Shown here: positions 1 through 11,100 of the stretch, piece after piece
Position numbering within the stretch: the first letter of the stretch is position 1
Layout of the letters: each line of letters starts with the position of its first letter
Notes under the pieces: generated by a model
Database searches by the model: none
Told to the model about the DNA's origin: nothing
Seen by the model: the letters and a program-made list of their open reading frames with translations, nothing else
Source: a bacterium
GTDB taxonomy: Bacteria; SAR324; NAC60-12
Reading direction: 5' to 3'
DNA: 25,180 nt
NCBI GenBank assembly: GCA_965233585.1
Contig: CBDDTI010000606.1
Coordinates: 1 to 25,180 of the forward strand
Position numbers and translations under genes: made by a program

Positions 1-1369
1 TAGACACACACAATAAATACATGAATGAAGATTATGATAAATCTAAACCTTCATCATACATAAGTTATTTAGATGCTAATAACCTTTACGGATTAGCAAT
101 GTGTAAGAAACTGCCTTATGACGATTTTAAATGGTATTACGGCAGAATGGATGAGAAGAGGGTAATGAAATATAGTGATGATGATGATGATGACATAGGA
201 TACATATTAGAAGTTGATTTAGATTATCCAAAAGAACTACATGATTTTCATAAAGACTACCCACTAGCACCTGAAATCATGTGTATCAATGGGAGTATGC
301 TTTCACAAGTCCAAAAGGATATACACAAATACTATTATGGAAAAGATGCCAGTGATGAAAAGACAAATAAGTTAGTATTAAATGTGATGGATAAAAAGAA
401 GTATGTTTTACATATATCAGCATTGAAGTTTTATTTACAACAAGGATTAAGTCTTAGAAAAGTCCATAGAGCAATAAGTTTTAAACAAGCAAGCTTCTTA
501 AAACCATTCATTGAATTCAACACTGAAAAGAGAAAGAATGCCAAAAATGATTTTGAAAAAGATTTGTTTAAGTTAATGAACAACAGTGCTACCATGGAGA
601 ATGTAAGAAAGCATGGTGATTATGAGATAGTCAATACGCCTGAACGCTTCCAAAAACTGGTAAATAAACCGCTATTCAAGCACAGGTATATCATAAATGA
701 AGGCCTTGTAATTGCTGAAAAAGATAAACACACAGTGGAACTAAACAAACCTATCTACATGGGTATGTCTATTTTAGACTATTCTAAAATTCACATGAAA
801 TTCACATGTATTCCTTCTATTATGATGTTTTGAAACCAAAATATCAAGATAATATCAAGTTGGTATATACTGATACTGATAGTTATGTAATAAAAGTTGA
901 GACTGATGACATATATGAAGACTTTAAGGAGATTAATGAATACATGGATTTTAGTGATTATTCACCAGAGCATCCAAACTATGATAAAACAAATAAGAAG
1001 GTATTAGGCAAGTTCAAGGATGAAATGAACGGTAAAATAATTACTCACTTTATAGGATTGAAACCGAAGGCATATTGTTATAAAGTGTATGGTGACGAGA
1101 AAGAACACAACAAAAGTAAAGGAGTAGTCAAACATAAAGTGAGCAATCAGTTAAGTTATAAAACCTATGACGAGACATTGAATAGAAACTGTAAAGAAGA
1201 AGTCAGCTTTAACACTATCAGAAGTAAGAACCATCAGATATACAGCATCAATCAGACCAAATATGCTTTAAGTAATTATGATAATAAACGCTACTGGTAT
1301 TCAGATTTTGAGAGTCTCCCATTTGGACATTACGCCATAAAATATCTACACAACGAAAAGATGATTTAA
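1..1369 (+). pseudogene. polB: Protein-primed family B DNA polymerase (pPolB), polymerase domain, copy A; frameshifted
   Basis: Motif A YLDANNLYG, motif B KLMNNS-ATMEN (YGK missing), motif C YTDTDS, plus KVLGKFKDE and KSKGV. ORFs 21-833 and 806-1369 are split by an 11-bp tandem duplication AAATTCACATG (787-797/798-808). The 5' part is outside the window. Confidence 0.93.
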
Positions 1370-1930
1370 GATATATGGAAATAAATTCAACAACTGAAAA
1401 ACGGAGTCAAAGAATGGCAAGACATAGAACAGATTATAAATCTTATCTAAACAATAGAAATTCCCCAAAAACGCCGTCCTAACTCTATGAAATCGTTTGA
1501 TGAGTTCGGTGTTGAAAACTGTAACATGGTTCTTATGGAAGAACGCCCATGCCAAAACAGAAAGCAACTCAAAAACAGAGAAGGTGAATATATTGAAAAT
1601 GATAAGAGCCGTCTTAGCGGATGTTTTGTTGGTCGGACTTGAATGGAATATTACGATGCCACAGGAGAGCATCACCTTGAAGAAACGAAAGGACGCCAAA
1701 TATTCAAATAGAGAATATTGAAAAATACAAAGAAAAAGACAAACAGCATCATGAGAACAAAAAAACAAAATACAAGAACACTAGAAAAATAATGATAATA
1801 TAATGAGAAGAATTTAAGTATAGAGAAGGAAACAGAGAAGCAATGAGGCGAACACAAAGAAAAAGATACAAAAAAGAGAGAAAGATGGAAATAATGCCCA
1901 CAAGAAGAGAAAGGCAAAAACAGGAGAAAA
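1365..1930 (+). pseudogene. GIY-YIG endonuclease-like gene remnant, copy A
   Basis: Broken frames give STTE..SQRMARHR.DYK and FDEFGVENC.MVL.EE.PCQNRKQLK.REGEYIEN, typical of viral/Polinton GIY-YIG nucleases, followed by a K/E-rich tail. Several stops and frameshifts; boundaries approximate. Confidence 0.65.
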
Positions 1931-1941
1931 AAGAGCAGTTA

Positions 1942-2695
1942 CTAAGCAACCAAAAGTAGTTCATGCCTATTATATATTTTACTCATTCCATCCAATTTAT
2001 AATATCTATTATTCATCATATCACGACCAACTAATATCACTTTGTATTTCCTTTCACTCCATTGACTTCTAGTTTCTTTCCTTGATACATAGTTGCCCTT
2101 TCCTTTATCAAATATCTTAACATAATCTCCTTCACTTATGTTTGGATATTTTCTGTTGTGCTTTTCTTTCAGTATCAGATTTGTTCTGACCTGAATTACG
2201 TTATCAAGATTGTGCGCATTATTAGGTGTTGTCTTGGTGCTACCGTGGATTTGGTTGTTGTATCTATTCAACGAGGGCTTTAGCACTTCCACCCATGTTT
2301 TGGTTTTGTAATGCCTCAATCTGTCCCCAATCATTTTTTTGACCGTGCATATCATCCTTTCTGCCTGATTTGCATGCGTCTTTGTTATTACGTGTGTTAT
2401 ACCTTCCTCCTTAAAGAATGTTTGCAGTTTCTTGCTGTTCAACGCTCCTTCGTCGTCGCTGTAAATCGACAAAGGCTGGCCTATATAATACCTTGAAACA
2501 CTCCATGACTGCTTTATAAACGTCATCACCATCTTTATTCTGGATAGGGACTATGTGACATTTTTTACTGAATATATCTATGCAAGCCAAACCATATCTT
2601 AGTTGATTTCTGATTTCAGAACCTACGTCTCGCAGCAAACTGGTGACATCCATCAAGTCAATTTGAAATTCATACTTGGGAAACGGTGCAGTGTA
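1942..2695 (-). pseudogene. int: rve (DDE) integrase, catalytic and C-terminal part, copy A
   Basis: QIDLMD..IDIFSK..YSDDEG..QAERM, nearly identical to 12673-13611. Frameshifted by an extra TATA near 2482-2487 and separated from its N-terminus by the insertion starting at 2696. Confidence 0.93.
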
Positions 2696-2929
2696 ATGTT
2701 AGCTCCTGATTAGTAGCTAGGGTCGCTATTGTGGCAATTTTTCCAAATTATTCTGAAACTCATGTATTGTTTGGAGGGTTCGCTTTTGTGGCAAAACAAA
2801 ATTGGGAGAGCCTTTTTTTTGAAAAAAAAAACTGTAATTGCTGAGAGGCATTTTTTTTCTCAAAACGCTGTAGCTCAGTCAAGTTTTTGCTCATTTCTCT
2901 ATCTGAGCCTGTAAATGCATCTCTATCTG

Positions 2930-5240
2930 AGTAGGTTTGTTTGCTGGGTTCACTATTGCAGCAAGCTGTGCCAGAGCAGCCCCTGGAAGCCCAGAAGGGA
3001 AGCAAGCCTTTTCCAAAGGCAATTGCCAAATTCAAACTCCAAGCCTTTCCCAAAGGAGCCAATCCCTTATTAAACCCTTATTAAAGAACAGCTTTTCCAC
3101 AATATTCCAAGGCCCTGGACCAGGAGAGGCTTCATTTCACTTTAGTAGGTTTGTTTGCTGGGTTCACTATTGCAGCAAGCTGTGCCAGAGCAGCTCCTGG
3201 AAGCCCAGAAGAGAAGCAAGCCTTTTCCAAAGGCAATTGCCAAATTCAAACTCCAAGCCTTTCCCAAAGGAGCCAATCCCTTATTAAACCCTTATTAAAG
3301 AACAGCTTTTCCACAATTTTCCAAGGCCCTGGACCAGGAGAGGCTCCATTTCACTTTAGTAGGTTTGTTTGCTGGGTTCGCTATTGCAGCAAGCTGTGCC
3401 AGAGCAGCCCCTGGAAGCCCAGAAGAGAAGCAAGCCTTTTCCAAAGGCAATTGCCAAATTCAAACTCCGAGCCTTTCCCAAAGGAGCCAATCCCTTATTA
3501 AACCCTTATTAAAGAACAGCTTTTCCACAATTTTCCAAGCCCTGGGCCAGGAGAGGCTCCATTTCACTTTAGTAGGTTTGTTTGCTGGGTTCACTATTGC
3601 AGCAAGCTGTGCCAGGCTGTGCCAGAGCAGCCCCTGGAAGCCCAGAAGAGAAGCAAGCCTTTTCCAAAGGCAATTGCCAAATTCAAACTCCAAGCCTTTC
3701 CCAAAGGAGCCAATCCCTTATTAAACCCTTATTAAAGAACAGCTTTTCCACAATTTTCCAAGCCCTGGGCCAGGAGAGGCTCCATTTCACTTTAGTAGGT
3801 TTGTTTGCTGGGTTCACTATTGCAGCAAGCTGTGCCAGAGCAGCTCCTGGAAGCCCAGAAGAGAAGCAAGCCTTTTCCAAAGGCAATTGCCAAATTCAAA
3901 CTCCAAGCCTTTCCCAAAGGAGCCAATCCCTTATTAAACCCTTATTAAAGAACAGCTTTTCCACAATTTTCCAAGGCCCTGGACCAGGAGAGGCCCCATT
4001 TCACTTTAGTAGGTTTGTTTGCTGGGTTCACTATTGCAGCAAGCTCTGCCAGAGCAGCTCCTGGAAGCCCAGAAGAGAAGCAAGCCTTTTCCAAAGGCAA
4101 TTGCCAAATTCAAACTCCAAGCCTTTCCCAAAGGAACCAATCCCTTATTAAACCCTTATTAAAGAACATCTTTTCCACAATTTTCCAAGGCCCTGGACCA
4201 GGAGAGGCTCCATTTCACTTTAGTAGGTTTGTTTGCTGGGTTCACTATTGCAGCAAGCTGTGCCAGAGCAGCCCTGGAAGCCCAGAAGAGAAGCACGCCT
4301 TTTCCAAAGGCAATTGCCAAATTCAAACTCCAAGCCTTTCCCAAAGGAGCCAATCCCTTATTAAACCCTTATTAAAGAACAGCTTTTCCACAATTTTCCA
4401 AGGCCCTGCCTGGACCAGGAGAGGCTCCATTTCACTTTAGTAGGTTTGTTTGCTGGGTTCACTATTGCAGCAAGCTGTGCCAGAGCAGCCCCTGGAAGCC
4501 CAGAAGAGAAGCAAGCCTTTTCCAAAGGCAATTGCCAAATTCAAACTCGAAGCCTTTCCCAAAGGAGCCAATCCCTTATTAAACCCTTATTAAAGAACAG
4601 CTTTTCCACAATTTTCCAAGGCCCTGGACCAGGAGAGGCTCCATTTCACTTTAGTAGGTTTGTTTGCTGGGTTCACTATTGCAGCAAGCTGTGCCAGAGC
4701 AGCTCCTGGAAGCCCAGAAGAGAAGCAAGCCTTTTCCAAAGGCAATTGCCAAATTCAAACTCCAAGCCTTTCCCAAAGGAGCCAATCCCTTATTAAACCC
4801 TTATTAAAGAGCAGCTTTTCCACAATTTTCCAAGGCCCTGGACCAGGAGAAGCTCCATTTCACTTTAGTAGGTTTGTTTGCTGGGTTCACTATTGCAGCA
4901 AGCTCTGCCAGAGCAGCTCCTGGAAGCTCAGAAGGGAAGCAAGCCTTTTCCAAAGGCAATTGCCAAATTCAAACTCCAAGCCTTTCCCAAAGGAGCCAAT
5001 CCCTTATTAAACCCTTATTAAAGAACAGCTTTTCCACAATTTTCCAAGGCCCTGCCTGGACCAGGAGAGGCTTCATTTCACTTTAGTAGGTTTGTTTGCT
5101 GGGTTCACTATTGCAGCAAGCTGTGCCAGAGCAGCTCCTGGAAGCCCAGAAGAGAAGCAAGCCTTTTCCAAAGGCAATTGCCAAATTCAAACTCCAAGCC
5201 TTTCCCAAAGGAGCCAATCCCTTATTAAACCCTTATTAAA
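2930..5240 (+). repeat. ~214-bp satellite, about 11 near-identical head-to-tail units
   Basis: Unit start GTAGGTTTGTTTGCTGGGTTC recurs at about 2931, 3144, 3358, 3571, 3794, 4008, 4222, 4440, 4654, 4868 and 5086. Internal palindrome GGCAATTGCC and sub-repeats AAGCCTTT(T/C)CCAAAGG and CCCTTATTAAA. Confidence 0.97.
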
Positions 5241-5251
5241 CTCCAATCCCT

Positions 5252-5673
5252 TACTACAAGTACTACAAGTACTACAAGTACTACAAGTACTACATGTACT
5301 ACAAGTACTACAAGTACTACAAGCACTACAAGTACTACATGCACTACAAGTACTACAAGTACTACAAGCACTACAAGTACTACAAGTACTACAAGTACTA
5401 CAAGTACTACAAGTACTACAAGTACTACAAGTACTACACGTACTACAAGTACTACAAGTACTACAAGTACTACAAGTACTACAAGTACTACAAGTACTAC
5501 AAGTACTACAAGTACTACAAGTACTACAAGTACTACAAGTACTACAAGTACTACAAGTACTACAAGTACTACAAGTACTACAAGTACTACAAGTACTGCA
5601 AGTACTACAAGTACTACATGTACTACATGTACTACAAGTACTACAAGTACTACAAGTACTACAAGTACTACAA
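5252..5673 (+). repeat. (TACTACAAG)n 9-bp microsatellite, about 47 copies
   Basis: Directly visible, with occasional TACTACATG and CACTACAAG variants. Confidence 0.98.
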
Positions 5674-5855
5674 ATACCACAACTTCATCGGAAAAAAAAT
5701 AGTAATTAGATTTCAATTGTAGCCAATTGAAATCCTTACTTAATTGAGGATCTGTTTTTCTTTTGGGAAGAAAATGTTTGACTTTCTACTTTAAAGAGAG
5801 TCCAGATATAGTTTAGGGGGAGGGGGGGGGCCACACACTAATCAGGAACCAACAT

Positions 5856-6046
5856 TAGGAATTGTAGTTCTTGTAGTTTCTTGTTTGCTTGTTCGGTTGC
5901 GCCCTCATCCATGCAGATACCATATCCAAAGTTATGCCCACATCGACTTTCCTCGCCTTTTCGTATAAGTCCCTCACCGAACCGAAGCCCTCCTCCACGT
6001 CGTAATATATTTTTTCCAATACCTTTTCTTTTTCCAATCTTGTCAT
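5856..6046 (-). pseudogene. int: rve integrase N-terminal part, copy A
   Basis: MTRLEKEKVL..RNYKNYNS matches residues 1-63 of the copy B integrase. The insertion converts the next codon (TAC) to TAA. Confidence 0.93.
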
Positions 6047-6104
6047 TAGAAATACTTAGATTATATTTTTTGATGTTTTCTTGCATCATAAAATCATAAC
6101 GAAC

Positions 6105-6454
6105 TTACACTAAGCACCTTTGGCACTTTTTGGTTTTCTTGTGATTTGCCAAGTTTGACTTACAACTTAACTCAGAACCGCATATATCGCATACGCACGG
6201 TTGTTTCATTCTCTCTTGGTAATATCTTTGGAAATACTTTTCGTCGTTCGGTTTTCTGTTGTAGTATCCGTCGTCCTGCTTTCTCCATTCAGCATGTCTA
6301 GCCTTTTCAACGAGCGAACCTATTTTATCACCTTCTTCAGATGAAGACGTTTCGCTGTCAATGAGGTCTTTGTTGCCAAAGCCGTTCCACAAAAGTCGAA
6401 GGTTTGCTTAGTCATCGGGATTTCAACTCCACTACTTACAAAGTAACAAAGCAT
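6105..6454 (-). pseudogene. Small C-terminal Zn-finger (C2HC) protein, copy A; frameshifted
   Basis: Homologous to 12258-12611, with CVCDICGSELSCKSNLANHKKTKKC. ATG at 6454 to stop is 350 nt, with a 1-nt loss near 6392. Confidence 0.8.
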
Positions 6455-6754
6455 ATTGTGTATATATAGCTAGTTATATATCTTAATATGTGTTTAAGTA
6501 TGTTTATTCTCAATAGGAACTTTGTATATCAGTTTGTGCTTGTGGCATCTCATACAAGTACCTAACACAAACCCCAAAATAGTTTCGACATCCAAGTTTA
6601 TAGGTTTGAGCATTTTACCCTTCCAACTTCCCACCGGTTGACTTATTTTTAGTGACACCCAGTCCTAAAACCTCAAAAATCCAAACCCAAACATGCTTAG
6701 CGTTCAAAGCAGTGAGACTTGAGCTTTGTCCCAAGCCAATCCAAAAACCAAGCC

Positions 6755-7375
6755 AATTTCCCCCAAACCGAACCAATTTTTCCCCAAACCGAACTTGTTT
6801 GTCCCAAAAACGGAGCCTGGTTTTCCCAACATGGAGCATGTTTTTCCCAAAAAAGGAGCATGTTTTTCCCAAAAACGGAGCTTCACAAAACCGGAGCATG
6901 TTTTTCCCAAAAACGGAGCTTCACAAAACCGGTGGCAGATTTTCCCAAAGTCGGTGGCTGATTTTCCCAAAGTCTGTGGCAGGTTTTCCTAAAGTCTGTG
7001 GCAGATTTTCCCAAAGTCGGTGGCTGATTTTCCCAAAGTCTGTGGCAGGTTTTCCTAAAGTCTGTGGCAGATTTTTCTCAAAGTCGGTGGCTGATTTTCC
7101 CAAAGTCTGATTTCCCCAAAGTCAGTGGTTGATTTCCCTAAAATCGCTACCGATTTTGGGGTTCCCCAAAATCGATGACAGGTTTCCTCAAAATCGGTGA
7201 CGGATTTCCCCAAAGTCGGTGACAGATTTCCCTAAAATCGGTGTCAGATTTCCTCAAAGTCGGTGACGTGTTTCCCTTGAATCGGTGGCAGATTTTCTCA
7301 AAAACGGAACCGCTTTATTGCCCAAAACCGGAGCCATTTTTCTTGCTCGAACAAAGCCAGTCTTTCCCTAAAACG
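6755..7375 (+). repeat. Degenerate minisatellite of ~21-23-bp units built on TTTTCCCAAA
   Basis: GGAGCATGTTTTTCCCAAAAA-type units (about 6810-6925) grade into GATTTTCCCAAAGTC(G/T)GTGGC units (about 6935-7300). Confidence 0.9.
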
Positions 7376-8167
7376 TATTTTCTGTTGTTGCTTCAATTTA
7401 GGATAAGCACACACAGTCCAAAAGGATAAGAATACCAGAAAGAAGAACTGCATTCCACAAATTTTCTCCAGATTTTCCTTCGATCTTCCATCGATTTTCC
7501 ATTTCCCATCTTGTCATTTCACACTGGCCAAAGTCAAAACGACAACGGCGCTTGCGTGCGCAAATCCATCCCTCAAACCAATCACCACTTCAATGAGTTT
7601 TTGCCACTCCATTTTCCGTGTTTATTGCCACGTTTGGGTGAAACTCTGCGCTGAACAGCTCTGTGGCTTCTGTACCAGCCGGATCGTTTGTGGCAAGTTG
7701 CCTCTCCAGCTCGTCTTTTTCCAGTTTAATATGCCGCCTTTGTATTTTTATATCATTATCCCTTAAAGCAATAGAAAGTAAAATCGCACAATCACAAAAC
7801 CAAAGTGCACAAAACATATTATATATACGCATCTTACAATGGAGAAGACGCACAATGACGCACATGCACGGAGCAAAAGAAAGTCAGAATTTGATAGTGA
7901 AACTGTCCAATGCTCACAGTCAGGTCGCCAAGAGCCACACAAAGCAAAACTGTTTCAAGAAGAACCATCGAGAAAGAAAAACATTGCCACACTGCACACG
8001 TTGCTCACAAGCCAGCCTCTATGGAATGAGGTATCCATAGCAGTCCGACCTGAATGATTGGTTGACCCGAGTTGACCCCGCACTTCAACAAGGCACTCGC
8101 AACAGCAAAAAACAATATTGCCGTGGCTGATTGCAGATCACTAATTGTCCCAGCAGGACGCCAGCCT

Positions 8168-11100
8168 CTATGGCACAACGTAGCCATAAGGAGTGTCTTC
8201 ATCATTATTACGAAGAGATTCGCTCATCTTTTCTTCCTTGCTCCAGTTGAAGTCCTGCGGAGAAAGCATTCAAACTACAAGGAACTGACTAAACACGAAC
8301 TGGCAGGTCATCGACGCAACTGCAACTAGCAAAGAAGTTGCTGGCACAGACAACGGCGCGTCCTCTTGGCTAAATATGTCTATCTTCGACGGTGCAATGG
8401 CTAGTTCTTCTTCCTTCTTGATCCCCTCAGAGCAAAACAAGCTTTCAATCACTACTTTGTTTGTCTTCTACTCAACGTCAACTAAGGCACAGCATTGCAC
8501 ATGAACGCAAAACCATGAACTCACAGCACATGTTGTAGATGCGGACGCTCTGCTTTACATGTGTCATTTCTCTTCTGAAAAATGTTCCCACAAGAAGATG
8601 AAAGAAATTCTGTTTGAGGTCTGCACCTTTTTTAAATCGTCTATGTTCTGCATGTCCTGACACATAATTCATGCAGTTTTTCAAAGCAAGACAGTTGGAT
8701 ATGCACATTCTCCAAACTCTTTGGCACTTTCAAGCCAGTTTTCTAGCGTCCTTATCCTTGACTTGAAACGCATTGCCGACGAAGTCAAAGCCACCACTGT
8801 CATCCTGCAAGGTCAACAGCCGAGACAGTCGAACTCAACCCTTTCCAACCGTGCGCTACTCCCATTTGCTTACCAATGGGCACAGCAAAGGAACAAGGGC
8901 ATGGCAGAAAATCATACAAAGTCTTTAGTCTAAATCCTCTCTATCAAATTGAGGAAGATTATTGGAACATATGTTTAAACAAATCCTGAGGAATGAACAA
9001 CCCTGCAATCTTGTCCCCAAAAGTCCTGAACCATACCAAGTTCGTAGCATGACAGTGTATTTTCTTGCACAGTGGACTTACCCTTAGTCACGCTTTTAGT
9101 TTGGGGCATGGCTTTTCGATAATAAAAGTTCTTCCTACACCTGACAAAAGGGCACAGCAAAGGAACAAGGGCATGGCAGAAAAACATACAAAGTCTTCAG
9201 TCTAAATCCTCTCTATCAATCGCAAGAAGATTATTGGAACATATGTTTAAACAAATCCTGAGGAATGAACAACCCTGCAATCTTCTCCCCAAATAGTGCT
9301 GAGCTGTCTCAAGAACATAAAATGACACAGTATTATTTTGCATAGCGGGCTTTCCCACAATCATATGTTTGGCTTGGGAGGAAAACATGAACACATGAAG
9401 CATATCAGCCTGCATCAAACCACTCATCCTAATCTAGAACTGCCGGAGGTGGCACTGTAAGAGGAATGCAATGATTGAACTCCCGCAGTTGTTGCAACTC
9501 ACCTAACATTTCTTCGAAAAGCCAACCAACCACCCGTTTGAATTCTAACCTAGACAAAACAAAATGAAAAAGAGCATCGGGCATGAGGAGGAACACAATT
9601 TAGCGATGTGTGAACTTGCAAAGGCTGTGACGTTGAAAATGGAAGCGTCTTGTGAAACATGAGTTGTTACCACCATGATTTACCTAAAGACCTAATTGCT
9701 GCTGAAGCGATTACTCAAGCGATATGCCAAAGGTCGCAGTCCTCCCGAAGTTGTCTCACCCAAACCGAAGGTGCCGACGTAGTGCCAGTGCTACCTTGTA
9801 CGCTGCACAGAAGATACACACAAAATCACCGAGCGACATGTCCAGGTGCATTGGAAAGTCTGAATTTGTTTTGGCGCTGACACCAACAAGGCATCTGTGG
9901 TACAACACGCTTGATAAGACAACACAGCACTGAATAAAACATACGGTGGAATTTGCTGATTGACAAGATTTGGGGACAAAGAACTTGATACCCAATACTT
10001 GTAAAAGCAGGGAGGCAGCACTCTCTGGAAATGTCAAAATTGTCTTCCTAATGTTTGATGTGTCACTGGACTAGAAAATAATACGCAACGAAGGCAATCC
10101 CTGCATCACAATGAACCACCTTGAGATCGAAAGCAGGCAAAGTGAGGAAAGACCGCATGGAGTTGCTTTTGTTCGACTAAAAGTGCATCCAAGTTTCTTG
10201 CACCCATACTGTCGACACGCTCCAGCTTTCTGGCAATCTTCCACCTCATCAATGTCCCTGATGGCACGAGTGCATGTTCATGCTCACCCTCCCAAATGCC
10301 TTCGGGAAGGTCGAAGGCTTTTGCATCTTGTGGAATGATGCCACCCACATTCTCCTGAGCGATGAGCTCCGCAGCCTTGTCTGCTTTGATGTCATAGACA
10401 GGAGACCAGCCCTGCTTCGCCAAGTTCTGCAGATGCTTCTTTGCATCTGGGTCGCCAGTGACACTGGGCAAGCCGGGGCATTTTAGCACAACAAAAGGGT
10501 CAAAGTCGTCCCCAAATGATTGCAATTGCTTCACTCCTCGGCAGCAAAGGTCAACGTCTCCGCCACAATAGGTGAAGAATGCCCCTGCAAGGGCCTCGCT
10601 CATGTTCCATCGGTTCACCATTAGCTCCAACATCTCCTCCTTGGGCACCTCATTCATAGTGATAATGTTTGCGATATCCCGCAAGTTCATGCCACAAGCT
10701 TGAAGTCGGTAAGGATAACCCAGCTCTGAACTGATGAGCACAACGCTTGCAATGCTAGTCTCCTTGGTGAGCATCACGAAGTATTGCAATGCTCTTTGTG
10801 CCGACTCAGAGTCGGTAGCCACTGGTAGGGCTTGGTTTGCCTCATCCACGACAATGCAGGTCGCGTTGCCTTTGCCTTTCAAGTCGCGTATAAGACTTGA
10901 CAGAGTCTTTTCCTTGTCGCTGCTTGATAACCTCTCAATCAGGGCTGTAATGGCTGAAGATATTGGTGTTGAAGCAGCCGCCGCCACTTTGTCCGCATTC
11001 GTGCCGACAAAGGCGGCACTTGCAAGGCCCCCAAGGCTCGAGGCCACCTTTCCCACAATTTGCTTGAGATTCGAGGCAGAGTCCTTGCTTTTTTCTGCAA

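Larger units (their letters stand above)
2696..5855. mobile_element. Non-autonomous TIR DNA transposon (3160 bp) with TA target-site duplication, carrying tandem repeats
   Basis: Left end ATGTTAGCTCCTGATTAGT (2696-2714) matches the reverse complement of the right end (5837-5855, ATGTTGGTTCCTGATTAGT) at 17/19. TA at 2694-2695 and 5856-5857, while the empty site in copy B has a single TA (gtgTAgga on this strand). No transposase ORF. Confidence 0.9.
1..6597. mobile_element. Polinton/Maverick-like element, copy A (degraded, left part outside window, interrupted by the 2696-5855 insertion)
   Basis: PolB C-terminal half (+), GIY-YIG remnant (+), rve integrase (-) and Zn-finger ORF (-) in the same order as, and closely similar to, the reverse complement of 12143-15560. 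Upstream homology with copy B can be followed to about 6597. Confidence 0.88.

Noticed and set aside
2930..5240. CRISPR array or repeated protein genes (MFAGFTIAASC.. ORFs)
   Set aside because: Units are contiguous and near-identical with no unique spacers; the 214-bp period is not a multiple of 3 and indels shift frames, so the ORFs are satellite artefacts.
5092..5722. Poly-LQV, poly-YYK and poly-VVL proteins; telomere-like array
   Set aside because: These are translations of a stop-free 9-bp repeat inside a TIR element; the unit is not a TTTAGGG-type telomere repeat and is internal.
6615..7429. Overlapping short ORFs with FPK repeats
   Set aside because: They are translations of the minisatellite, open in several frames on both strands.
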